From assembly GCA_027622665.1 (NCBI GenBank), contig JAQBYT010000002.1, forward strand, positions 64,001 through 128,000: 64,000 nucleotides of DNA. The letters run 5' to 3'. Source of the stretch: Verrucomicrobiota bacterium. Its GTDB lineage: Bacteria; Verrucomicrobiota; Verrucomicrobiia; Opitutales; Seribacteraceae. A model generated the notes under the pieces. That model made no database searches and was not told the DNA's origin. It was given only the letters and a program-made list of their open reading frames with translations. Positions 39,633 through 48,553 of the stretch are shown piece by piece. The position numbers and the translations under genes were made by a program. How positions within the stretch are numbered: position 1 is the stretch's first letter; each line of letters starts with the position of its first letter.

Positions 39633-40481
39633 ATGAATAACTTGCTGATACCCACGCTATTGATCCTTATTTCCGCCGAGGCCGTTTACACCGCCGAACC
39701 GGCTAAGGAAATCACAATCGACTTGGGCGGCGCGAAATTGGAAATGGTGTTAATTCCGGTCGGTTCCTTTACGATGGGGGCAGTGCGGGGCGATCGGGAC
39801 GAGTATCCACCGCACAAGGTGAACATCACCAAGCCCTTTTATATGTCCAAGTATGAATTGAGGCAGGATCAGTGGTCGGTGGTCATGGATGGCCCTGCAC
39901 CGGGGAAATTCAAGAACGCGAAAAACCCCGTTGAGTCCGTGGATCGAAAGCAGACGGCGGATTTCCTAAAGAAGTTGAACGAGAAGTTGGGCGGCAAGCC
40001 ATTTATTGGGCGAGGTCCTCTTGATCTTAAGGATCTTCCTCGGACGCTGGGAACCTATTATTTACCATCCGAAGCTGAGTGGGAATATGCGTGCCGTGCG
40101 GGTAGCGCTACTCGGTATTGTTTTGGTGATGACGCGAAATCCTTGGGGGAATATGCTTGGTTTTACGGAAATTCCACAGGCAAGGCTCAGCCCGTGGGCA
40201 CGAAGAAGCCTAACGCGTGGGGGCTCCACGACATGCATGGAAACGTTTGGGAACTTTGTCGTGATGAGTACTTTGCAGATTACTACACAATTTCTCCCAC
40301 GGATAACCCTCAGGGTATGTTTACAACGCATCGACACGTCACCGTCGTTCGCGGGGGCGGTTGGAGTTACTCTGCTAAAAGTAGTCGATCTGCGGAGCGG
40401 GGTTATCTTGATATGGCTCATCATAGGGAGCGCAGTGATGCCCTCGGACTGCGCATTGCGCGAACAGTCGAGGAAAAATAG
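39633..40481 (+). CDS. FGE-sulfatase (SUMF1-like) domain protein, probably non-catalytic
   Basis: LPSEAEWEYACRAG, KKPNAWGLHDMHGNVWE, RGGGW...GLRIA; lacks FGE catalytic Cys pair; alternative start 39588. Confidence 0.88.
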   Translation: MNNLLIPTLLILISAEAVYTAEPAKEITIDLGGAKLEMVLIPVGSFTMGAVRGDRDEYPPHKVNITKPFYMSKYELRQDQWSVVMDGPAPGKFKNAKNPVESVDRKQTADFLKKLNEKLGGKPFIGRGPLDLKDLPRTLGTYYLPSEAEWEYACRAGSATRYCFGDDAKSLGEYAWFYGNSTGKAQPVGTKKPNAWGLHDMHGNVWELCRDEYFADYYTISPTDNPQGMFTTHRHVTVVRGGGWSYSAKSSRSAERGYLDMAHHRERSDALGLRIARTVEEK

Positions 40482-40496
40482 AAGACTGGAGAATCT

Positions 40497-42680
40497 ATGA
40501 TCTTTTCACGAAGAATGAGATGCCTCCCGGTCTTGCTCGCTCTTGCATGCTGGAGCAAGCCAATTACGGCATATGGTGTTGAGGAAGGGTTTGTGCCCCT
40601 TTCCGGTCATGAATTTCCATCCATGTTCGCGCTTCAGGATCAATGGAATAAGTTTCGGCGGGAGTCATTTCCGAAGGTGGAGGTGATTCAGGCGTTGCTA
40701 AAAAAAGATGCCGCGGGTGGTCACGTCGTACCGGTAAGTGAATCGACGCACAGATCGGTTTGGGTAATTGTCAACCGCTGGCTGAAGGATCATCCCGAAA
40801 CATTGGTTGCATTGCGGGCGCGACAGAATGTGGCTGCACCGGCTAAATTATTGATGGCTAAACGGACTGGAGAACCTGATGAGTTATTAAGGCTTTGCCG
40901 GACCTACCCATGGGCGGATGCGGTCCATCACTTGCAGACCGATACTGCCGAGCTGGCACTGCGCAACGGCCATCCGCAGCTTGCTCTTCGATGGTTTGAA
41001 GATGTACTTGAACGAAGTGAGAAGGCAGAGCTTCGTTCTCGGGCGCAGGCTGGGTTGTGGTTGTCGGTTGCCCATTCCACTGACTCAGCCGACAGTATCC
41101 GCACGATGCTTCAGGGCATCGATCCATCCTTGCGCTATCCGTGGTTCGGCCGGCACCTTTCTGCAAAGGAAATCGAAGCGAGACTTCTCACCGGAATAAA
41201 GCCGGCTCAACCGTTTCCGGATCTCAATGATCTAAGCCTGCGCACGCTTCAGCTTCCGGACGATCCGCCATGGATTGGAGCGAAGTCTGGAATGCATCCA
41301 ACCGGACATGAGCTGGTGTTCCGTCACAAAGTGCATCCAGTTCGTTGTGACCAGGGTACGGTGGTGGCTGCACCTTGTTTAGTCGCTTGGTATGATGGCG
41401 ACGAGTTGGACCGCCCCGCATGGAGCAAAATCGCCACTTTGGATATTTCGCATGGTTCCAGCCTTTTGCCGAGAGCGCCTTTTGATCCCTTGAGCGCAGG
41501 CGGGCGGATTTATGTCCGGGGAGCAAGCGATCTGGCTCCGGCTGACAAGAAAAGGACGCGCAATGCGAAAGAGGCCCGGCTTCATATTGGCCATCTGGAT
41601 CAAATTGTAGCATTCGATCAACGTTCAGGGAAACGCATTTGGTCAACTGCGGATGATCCGGCCTGGTCCAAGCTGTTTGCCGTCAATGCTCCTGTATATT
41701 GTGATGGTAGGCTCTATATGTTGGCGATGCATAAATGGGGTGGGCCAGTTTTGATAGGAGGGAATGCACCAGTTTTTCTTGTTATTGCTGATGCCAGGAC
41801 AGGTCGGCTTTTACGAAAAAGGGAACTGGTTGCTTATAAATCCAAATTGCAAGGCACGACAAACATTACGCCGCGGCCGCCAAGAATACCTCGAAAGCTC
41901 GACCTCTCAGCAGGTGCTGTAGATCGCGGCGAGTTTTTTCCACACATTGACCAGAGTAAGTATGGAAATCGCCAGACAATTCATGATGGTGCCGTCTACT
42001 CATTAACCGCGATGGGAGCTGCTGCTCGCTGTGATGTACGCGACGGGCTTATTGAGTGGGTTGTTACGTACCCACAGATTGTGATGAATTCCGTGGGAGT
42101 GCGTGTGCCACACGGATGGACGCACCAGTGGGACGCCCCCTATATCATCAGGCGGCGGCATTCGATTGCTCCGTTGGTCAGCGATAAGGTGGTGGTGTTT
42201 TCCCCGCTGGACACAGTTGCCGTATTCGCCGTCGATACGGAGACAGGCGATAAGTTGTGGCAGAAGATCGAGATCGATGATGCCGCTACGAATGAACGGG
42301 GAAAAGAGGCTGCCCAAGGGCCCGTCGATCAGCATTTTCAGGACGGGTCGTTGGAAGCTTTGGGGTTGATCGCCGACTCCGTACTAGTGGCCTTCGACCG
42401 CAAGATAGCGGCTCTCGATGTGTCGACGGGCAAGGTTCGTTGGGCACTCGCCCTTGACGGAGTCGTCGAGAGACCGATCAAGATAGTTGGTGGAACAATC
42501 TATCTGGCCACGGGGATCGACCTTTTTCAGATCGATGGCACGACAGGCAAGGTTCTCGCCAAGCGAGCCCTGACTAAACTTCGAACGGACAACGGTTTTG
42601 TTTTTGACGAAAAGGGGCTGGTTGTCGTGTTGCCGGGTAAGCGCGGTATTACCAGTTACGATCTGCTTGAGGAACTTTGA
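40497..42680 (+). CDS. Secreted PQQ-type beta-propeller repeat protein, copy 2
   Basis: Full-length paralog of 33788-36007 (GHEFPxMFAL, QLPDDPPW, DLAPADKKRT, RCDxRDGLIEWV). Confidence 0.8.
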   Translation: MIFSRRMRCLPVLLALACWSKPITAYGVEEGFVPLSGHEFPSMFALQDQWNKFRRESFPKVEVIQALLKKDAAGGHVVPVSESTHRSVWVIVNRWLKDHPETLVALRARQNVAAPAKLLMAKRTGEPDELLRLCRTYPWADAVHHLQTDTAELALRNGHPQLALRWFEDVLERSEKAELRSRAQAGLWLSVAHSTDSADSIRTMLQGIDPSLRYPWFGRHLSAKEIEARLLTGIKPAQPFPDLNDLSLRTLQLPDDPPWIGAKSGMHPTGHELVFRHKVHPVRCDQGTVVAAPCLVAWYDGDELDRPAWSKIATLDISHGSSLLPRAPFDPLSAGGRIYVRGASDLAPADKKRTRNAKEARLHIGHLDQIVAFDQRSGKRIWSTADDPAWSKLFAVNAPVYCDGRLYMLAMHKWGGPVLIGGNAPVFLVIADARTGRLLRKRELVAYKSKLQGTTNITPRPPRIPRKLDLSAGAVDRGEFFPHIDQSKYGNRQTIHDGAVYSLTAMGAAARCDVRDGLIEWVVTYPQIVMNSVGVRVPHGWTHQWDAPYIIRRRHSIAPLVSDKVVVFSPLDTVAVFAVDTETGDKLWQKIEIDDAATNERGKEAAQGPVDQHFQDGSLEALGLIADSVLVAFDRKIAALDVSTGKVRWALALDGVVERPIKIVGGTIYLATGIDLFQIDGTTGKVLAKRALTKLRTDNGFVFDEKGLVVVLPGKRGITSYDLLEEL

Positions 42681-42727
42681 TGAGTGGTTTAATAATCCGA
42701 CGAGAGGTAATTAATGAAAATCCCAGT

Positions 42728-43714
42728 ATGAAACAAAACTTTTTTAAAACCATTTTGGCCTGCTTTGGTGCCTTGATTTGTGTGCAAGGCCTTTTTGCGC
42801 AAGGGACCGGAGTTGCTGATCTCACGCCGGCGGTTGAAGAGGCAATCGATCGGGGGCTAAACTATCTGGCCGAGACGCAGAAGGAGGACGGCAGTTGGAG
42901 CGATGGTAATAAAGTCGCCTATACGGCGCTATCACTGATTGCTTTCATGGTTAAGGGGGACATGCCTGAACAACCGCCGCACGGCGATAAAATGTCCAAA
43001 GCCTTGGACTATCTTCTCAAGCACTCAGCCGAAGGTAGAAGAGGCTTCATGGGGACGACGATGTACGAGCACGCGTTTGCGACGCTGGCCCTTTCTGAAG
43101 TCTGGGGAATGAGCGGACGTGACAAGGATGTCCGTCAAGCACTTTTGAGCGGCGTCGACTTGATTGTTCGATCTCAGGGCCAAAATGGTGCGTGGACATA
43201 CAATCCCAGTCCGTCCCCTAGTTTTGGTGACATCTCTGTGACCGGCGCACAATTGGTGGCGCTGGCTTCAGCGAAGGAGGCCGGCATGTTCGTGCCGACG
43301 GAAACGATAGACAGGGCGATGAAGTTCATTAAGTTCTGCCACCACAAGGAACTTGGTAGTTTTGGATATAAAGGCCCGGGCGTGGGTTACGCGCGAACGG
43401 CTCTGGGATTGACCTCACTTATCATGTGCGGTCAGCGGGATGATCCTGCCGTCGCAGCGGGACTGAAATGGCTGCAAGCGAACGCAGACTACAAGGAACC
43501 ACATGGGAACCAGCTTTACAGTCGTTACTATGGCGGGATGGCATTGTTTCAGGCTGGTGATGAGCAGTTTAATGCTTTTTATGAACCATTATGCGACAAT
43601 ATACTGAAGACACAAAAGAATGACGGTAACTTTCACGGCGGGGCAGTCTCCCAGCAACTCTCAATCTTGATTCTGGGCACGCCATATCGATTTATCCCGA
43701 TTTATCAGAGATGA
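42728..43714 (+). CDS. Secreted prenyltransferase/squalene-oxidase-repeat protein, copy 2
   Basis: Paralog of 32802-33782; ends PYRFIPIYQR; alternative start 42677 overlaps upstream stop. Confidence 0.85.
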   Translation: MKQNFFKTILACFGALICVQGLFAQGTGVADLTPAVEEAIDRGLNYLAETQKEDGSWSDGNKVAYTALSLIAFMVKGDMPEQPPHGDKMSKALDYLLKHSAEGRRGFMGTTMYEHAFATLALSEVWGMSGRDKDVRQALLSGVDLIVRSQGQNGAWTYNPSPSPSFGDISVTGAQLVALASAKEAGMFVPTETIDRAMKFIKFCHHKELGSFGYKGPGVGYARTALGLTSLIMCGQRDDPAVAAGLKWLQANADYKEPHGNQLYSRYYGGMALFQAGDEQFNAFYEPLCDNILKTQKNDGNFHGGAVSQQLSILILGTPYRFIPIYQR

Positions 43715-43718
43715 ATTT

Positions 43719-45029
43719 ATGAAATCACAATCGTCAGGTCTCTACATCCTTCCGCGAATTTGCGTGTTTGCAATGATCGCCAATTTACTTGCCGGCTCAG
43801 TCGTCTTCGAGGCCGAAGAACCACTGAAGCGAATCTTGGTTTGGGATACCAAGGCTTTGTTTGAAGCACCAAAGGTGCACGAGACCAAGGAGCGTCCCGC
43901 CAAGGGGATGCGTTCTTTTTTCTATGAGGGTGCGGATTACAAAGGTAAGCCGACTCGGGTCTTCGCCTACTACGCGACCCCGACAGGGGAGAAACCCGAA
44001 GGCGGATGGCCAGCCGTGGTGTGCGCCCACGGCGGAGGCGGAACGGCCTTTCCTGAGTGGGTGAAGTATTGGAATAAAAAGGGCTATGCGGCGATCGCTA
44101 TGGATTTGGAAGGTCATCTGCCCGGCGGGCGTTCACACCATGTGGAGGGTAATTTCCCAGTCGGGGTAGGGCACCCTCGGGCTGGTCCTTCAAGGGTCGA
44201 CTGGTTCGGCGACCGAGGGTTGCCGGACAATGAGCAATGGTTCTATCATGCGGTTGCCGATGTCATCCGGGCAAACTCCCTCCTGCGCTCGTTTCCGGAA
44301 ATCAATGCGAAGAAGGTCGGGTTGACCGGGATTTCCTGGGGAGGCACTGTCGCCAGTTCAGTTGCCGGGGTCGATTCGCGGTTTGCCTTCGCCATTCCCG
44401 TCTATGGTGGCGGTTACATCCATAAGAGCGATAATGAGGGACTCGCCCAATGGTTTCCCCCGAAGAACATGACCGCGGTTCAATATAAAGACTATCGCTC
44501 AAAGTGGGACCCTTCCGCTCATTTACCTCATGCCAGGATGCCCATGCTATGGGTGACTTCGGTCGCCGACCCCGTTTTCCAAATCGATATATTCGCCAAG
44601 TCCACGCAAACAGCCACAGGTGACAGTCGCTTGTGCATGCGCCCCTGGATGATCCATGCACACGGGAACGGATGGAACGATGCTCCTGAAATCGGGCAGT
44701 TCGCAGACAGCATAGTCAAAGGCGGTCCGGCCCTGCCGAAGCTGCATCGACCGGACATCAAGCCAGGCTCCCGCATCGTACACACCAAGTACGAGGGCAA
44801 GGGCAAGTTTACCGAGGCTTGGATCTACTTCACGAATTCCGGAGGCAAATGGAAGAATCGAAAATGGCATTTCATTCAGTGCTCCATCAAGGACAGCGAG
44901 CTTGTTTCTCAAAAGTCTCTCCCCAAGGACGCAACCGCCTTTATGGTCTATGTTTTTCGTGACAGGGGAGGATACCGAGACAATCATGCCGCATCCGATT
45001 TGGTCGAAATTGAAACCCTTGAAAAGTAG
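43719..45029 (+). CDS. Secreted alpha/beta hydrolase (acetylxylan-esterase-like)
   Basis: PAVVCAHGGGG, nucleophile elbow GISWGG, D (DPVF) and H (HAHG) candidates. Confidence 0.85.
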   Translation: MKSQSSGLYILPRICVFAMIANLLAGSVVFEAEEPLKRILVWDTKALFEAPKVHETKERPAKGMRSFFYEGADYKGKPTRVFAYYATPTGEKPEGGWPAVVCAHGGGGTAFPEWVKYWNKKGYAAIAMDLEGHLPGGRSHHVEGNFPVGVGHPRAGPSRVDWFGDRGLPDNEQWFYHAVADVIRANSLLRSFPEINAKKVGLTGISWGGTVASSVAGVDSRFAFAIPVYGGGYIHKSDNEGLAQWFPPKNMTAVQYKDYRSKWDPSAHLPHARMPMLWVTSVADPVFQIDIFAKSTQTATGDSRLCMRPWMIHAHGNGWNDAPEIGQFADSIVKGGPALPKLHRPDIKPGSRIVHTKYEGKGKFTEAWIYFTNSGGKWKNRKWHFIQCSIKDSELVSQKSLPKDATAFMVYVFRDRGGYRDNHAASDLVEIETLEK

Positions 45030-45331
45030 AGCAACCACCCACCCATTCAAATGTCAAAACATCATCGTGCCGTAGGAATCACCAGGTTGATTCCAGTAAT
45101 TGTATTTCTCTCAATTGCTACAATGAAGTTAGTTGCTGAGAAGGGGGAACGAATTTTAGTTTGGGATACCAAGGCATTATTTGGTGAACCGGCGATTCAC
45201 GAAACAAGCGAAAGGCCTGCCAGGGGGATGCGTTCGTTTTTTTACGAGGGCGCGGATTATAAAGGCAAGCCGACCCGGGTGTTCGCCTACTACGCGACCC
45301 CGACAGGGGAGAAACCCGAAGGCGGATGGCC
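43962..45331 (+). repeat. 50-bp identical direct repeat (43962-44011 = 45282-45331) within paralogous hydrolases
   Basis: TTCGCCTACTACGCGACCCCGACAGGGGAGAAACCCGAAGGCGGATGGCC twice, 1320 bp apart. Confidence 0.9.
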
Positions 45332-46292
45332 CGCCGTGGTGTGCGCTCACGGTGGTGGTGGGACGGCTTTTCCTGCATGGGTGGCTCATTGGAATAAAAA
45401 AGGTTATGCAGCCATAGCAATGGACTTGGAAGGCCATTTGCCTGGAGGAAATTATTTTGGCGTAGGAGGAAGTTTTCCGCTTAATGTCGGGCATGAAAAC
45501 GCCGGGCCGAAACGTATCGGTTGGTTTGGCGACATTGCTTTGCCGGACAAGGAACAGTGGTTCTATCACGCGGTGGCGGACGTGGTTAGAGCCCATTCAT
45601 TATTGAGATCCTTCCCGGATATCAACGTGGACAAAATCGGACTGACCGGCATTTCATGGGGAGGTACGATTGTGAGTGCAGTGGCAGGAGTTGATTCGCG
45701 ACTCGCCTTTGTCATCCCTGTATATGGAGGCGGTTACATCCATAAGCATGATATGACACCTGACCAGTATCGTGAATATTTGGTCAAGTGGGATCCGTCG
45801 GCTCATTTACCTTTCGCAAAGATGCCGATGCTATGGGTGAACGGAGTGAACGAACCTGTTTTTCCACTCGATGGATTCAGCAGGTCCGCAGGGGATGCCG
45901 GAGGCACCAGTATCTTGTGTATACGCCCCTTTTTACCTCATGGACATGGATTCGGCTGGGAGGAAGTATGGGAAATTGGTGGCTTTGCCAATGGCGTTGT
46001 CAAAGGTGGAGTGCCTATGCCCCGTTTTGAGCGTCCAAGAATCGATCCGACAGACGGTCTGGTGCATATGAAGTATTCAGGCCAGTTAAAGAATGCCTCC
46101 CTTGGTTTTACGAAGGTTAAAGAATGGAAAAACCAAGCGTTGCAATCCATTCCGTGCAGAATCGGAAAAGACGAAATTATTGCACAGAAACCTCTGCCCG
46201 AAGGTACAACTGCATTCATGATAAATGCCAGGGCCGCCGGGGTCTGGGGCGATGGATGCATAAACTCCATACTGGTTGCGCCGAATCCCTAG
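45051..46292 (+). CDS. Secreted alpha/beta hydrolase, tandem paralog
   Basis: Same motifs as upstream gene, GISWGG, PHGHG. Confidence 0.85.
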   Translation: MSKHHRAVGITRLIPVIVFLSIATMKLVAEKGERILVWDTKALFGEPAIHETSERPARGMRSFFYEGADYKGKPTRVFAYYATPTGEKPEGGWPAVVCAHGGGGTAFPAWVAHWNKKGYAAIAMDLEGHLPGGNYFGVGGSFPLNVGHENAGPKRIGWFGDIALPDKEQWFYHAVADVVRAHSLLRSFPDINVDKIGLTGISWGGTIVSAVAGVDSRLAFVIPVYGGGYIHKHDMTPDQYREYLVKWDPSAHLPFAKMPMLWVNGVNEPVFPLDGFSRSAGDAGGTSILCIRPFLPHGHGFGWEEVWEIGGFANGVVKGGVPMPRFERPRIDPTDGLVHMKYSGQLKNASLGFTKVKEWKNQALQSIPCRIGKDEIIAQKPLPEGTTAFMINARAAGVWGDGCINSILVAPNP

Positions 46293-46362
46293 TTGATATT
46301 GATTTGTCCTTCTATCCCTCTTCGTTCAGCAAGAACAAAAAAATCGTAAAATAGAATTTAAA

Positions 46363-47184
46363 ATGAGCACAAAAAAGATCGTCCTTGCAGGGCTTTTTCT
46401 TGGTTGCGGATGGCCTCTGCTGTGGGGAGTTGAAGAGCTCAAAGTGGAGGGAGAAAAACCCCAGACTTTCCTTTTTCTGGGAGATAGTATTACACGGGCG
46501 GGAGGATACGTGCGCGCCATTGCCACTGAACTGGGAAAACAGAACCCGACCAATCCACCCAGGGTCATTAACCATGGCCGAAACAGTGAAACGATTTCTA
46601 ACCTCAGTGAATCCTATCACCCCGCACCTCTTCCCCGCCTTGATCAGGAACTTGCTGCGGCCAAACCTGACTGGCTCGTCGCCTGTTATGGAATCAACTG
46701 CGGTATCTATCATCCCTTCAATGAAAAGCGCTTGGCTGCTTATCAGGCCGGGATTGAAATCCTAATAAAGAAGGCGCAGGCCAGCGGTAGTCAGTTGATT
46801 TTACTTACTCCGCCGCCTTACGCGAAAGATGGTCCGCCATTGCCTGATGGCATCAGCAAGACGGTTGGCGAAAAACTGCTGTCCAAGGCAAATGCGGAAG
46901 CGGAACTGGAAGCCGAGAAGAATCCAAACAAGTTCGGCTACCGAACGCCCTATGCATACTATGATCGGGTCATGGCCCGCTATGCCGATTGGTTGCTAAC
47001 CCTTGACGGTCGCAAGAATCTCTGGGTCATTGATATACGTGGGCCGATGCTTGCCGGGAGCGCAGAGACCCATGGTCGAGATCCAATACACCCCAATGGT
47101 CGCGGTCACCTCATTATGGCAGAGGCGTTTTTGAAAAAGTGGCCGATGGTCAAGGCGTCAGCCGAAAAGGCATCGAAGGAATAA
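46363..47184 (+). CDS. SGNH/GDSL hydrolase (paralog of 438-1379)
   Basis: LGDSIT, SETISNLSE, ACYGINCGIY, DPIHPN. Confidence 0.85.
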   Translation: MSTKKIVLAGLFLGCGWPLLWGVEELKVEGEKPQTFLFLGDSITRAGGYVRAIATELGKQNPTNPPRVINHGRNSETISNLSESYHPAPLPRLDQELAAAKPDWLVACYGINCGIYHPFNEKRLAAYQAGIEILIKKAQASGSQLILLTPPPYAKDGPPLPDGISKTVGEKLLSKANAEAELEAEKNPNKFGYRTPYAYYDRVMARYADWLLTLDGRKNLWVIDIRGPMLAGSAETHGRDPIHPNGRGHLIMAEAFLKKWPMVKASAEKASKE

Positions 47185-47318
47185 CCATGATCAAGTTCAA
47201 GTCAGCAGCTCGATCCGGAGGAATACCTGCCCGGAGTCGAGATTCTGTTGGATTTCCGTTGGTTGCCGTACCCCGTACTCCCACTTCCGTGTCTCACCCG
47301 GATGATTGGGAATCGTAA

Positions 47319-48437
47319 ATGTCTAATTCTTACGACGTAATTGTTGTTGGTGTCGGCGCCGTGGGCTCGGCTACCTGTTACGACTTGGCCAAGCGAGGAG
47401 TGCGAGTTCTTGGAATCGAGCAATTTTCGGTGCCTCATACCATGGGTGGCTCGCACGGGTTTTCTAGGCAGACCAAGATCGCTCCCTACATCGGTAGTTC
47501 CTACGAGCCTATTATTTTGCGGGCTTATGAATTGTATGCCGAACTTATCGATGAATCGGGCCAGTCCGACCTTATGGTCACCACCGGCTTTCTTGATCTG
47601 GCTCCGCACCGAGACTTCCCGGGCTATAAGCAAAATCTTGGACATTTCGAAGACCTTGAGATTGAGCAAATTCATCAGCGCTTTCCGCAGTTTCAGATTT
47701 CCGAGCCTTATTGGGGCGCCTACGATCCTCAGGGAGCGCTTCTTCGACCTGAGATGGTGATCACCACCAATGTGCGATTGGCCATGCAGCGAGGCGCCCG
47801 GATTATTGGAAACACGAAGGTGCTCGATTGGAGTGCTGACAGTGGTGGGGTCACGGTGCAAACGGATCGTGAGACCTATTCGGCTGAGCGCATTGTCTTT
47901 TGCGCAGGACCGTGGACGGGGAAACTGCTTGGAGCCCTTGGCGTTGCATGCACCGTCACGCGTATGAGCTTCGCCTGGGTCTGGCCACTGCAGGATTTTA
48001 AAGCGTACGAGCCCGAGTCCATGCCTTGTTGGTGTATTGAGGACGAGGATGGCATTTATTACGGCTTTCCAATGATGAATGATGTTCCGGGGTATAAGAT
48101 CGGACTGCATTGGTATGGGGAACCGGTGAACCCGGATCGTTTTGACCGGACTCCCAACGCACATGACGAGGAGTTGATCCGGAAAGGCCTGCGCAGGTAT
48201 TTCCCCGAGGCCAACGGCCCGCTGGTTGGACTGCGTACCTGTCTCTATGACCACACTGCGGACGATGTGCCAATCATCGACGTACATCCCGAGCATGATC
48301 GTGTTGTCATTTGCGGACCCTTGTGCGGCGCCGGCTTTAAGTTTGTTCCGGCGTATGGCGAGGCTGCGGCTGATCTTGCGGTCACAGGTCGCACGGAACT
48401 CCCTATTGACTTTCTTCGTGTCGCCAGACTCTTGTGA
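47319..48437 (+). CDS. FAD-dependent N-methyl amino acid oxidase (sarcosine/N-methyltryptophan oxidase, SolA-like)
   Basis: YDVIVVGVGAVG, GSHG..R, CAGPW, YYGFP, TCLY (flavinylated Cys position), GFKF. Confidence 0.87.
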   Translation: MSNSYDVIVVGVGAVGSATCYDLAKRGVRVLGIEQFSVPHTMGGSHGFSRQTKIAPYIGSSYEPIILRAYELYAELIDESGQSDLMVTTGFLDLAPHRDFPGYKQNLGHFEDLEIEQIHQRFPQFQISEPYWGAYDPQGALLRPEMVITTNVRLAMQRGARIIGNTKVLDWSADSGGVTVQTDRETYSAERIVFCAGPWTGKLLGALGVACTVTRMSFAWVWPLQDFKAYEPESMPCWCIEDEDGIYYGFPMMNDVPGYKIGLHWYGEPVNPDRFDRTPNAHDEELIRKGLRRYFPEANGPLVGLRTCLYDHTADDVPIIDVHPEHDRVVICGPLCGAGFKFVPAYGEAAADLAVTGRTELPIDFLRVARLL

Positions 48438-48553
48438 AGGATCTGACATGTCTCCATTAATATTAATACCCTGTATTCAGCCTTGCCCAAAGGATTTCTC
48501 TACGGGCTCCTGGGTGATGATAGGTCTGTAACTCAATCGAAATAGAACTTGAA

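Noticed and set aside
39633..40481. FGE-domain genes (also 18436) as diversity-generating retroelement targets
   Set aside because: No reverse transcriptase or Avd-like gene, and no template repeat differing at adenines, seen in the window
39633..40481. True formylglycine-generating enzyme maturing the local sulfatases
   Set aside because: Lacks the catalytic cysteine pair after the RGG motif
33788..42680. PQQ-dependent dehydrogenases or BamB
   Set aside because: Only generic propeller repeats; no recognisable quinoprotein active-site motifs or BamB lipobox and context
32802..43714. Squalene-hopene cyclase / terpene biosynthetic cluster
   Set aside because: Single-barrel size, signal peptides, no DxDD motif and no isoprenoid genes nearby
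47187..47318. 43-codon ORF exactly filling the gap before the oxidase
   Set aside because: No recognisable motif; could be a gene remnant but unsupported
47202..48449. 415-aa minus-strand ORF and similar antisense ORFs (2146-2967, 6936-7808, 16341-17210, 35663-36649)
   Set aside because: Overlap well-supported genes on the opposite strand; compositions are not protein-family-like
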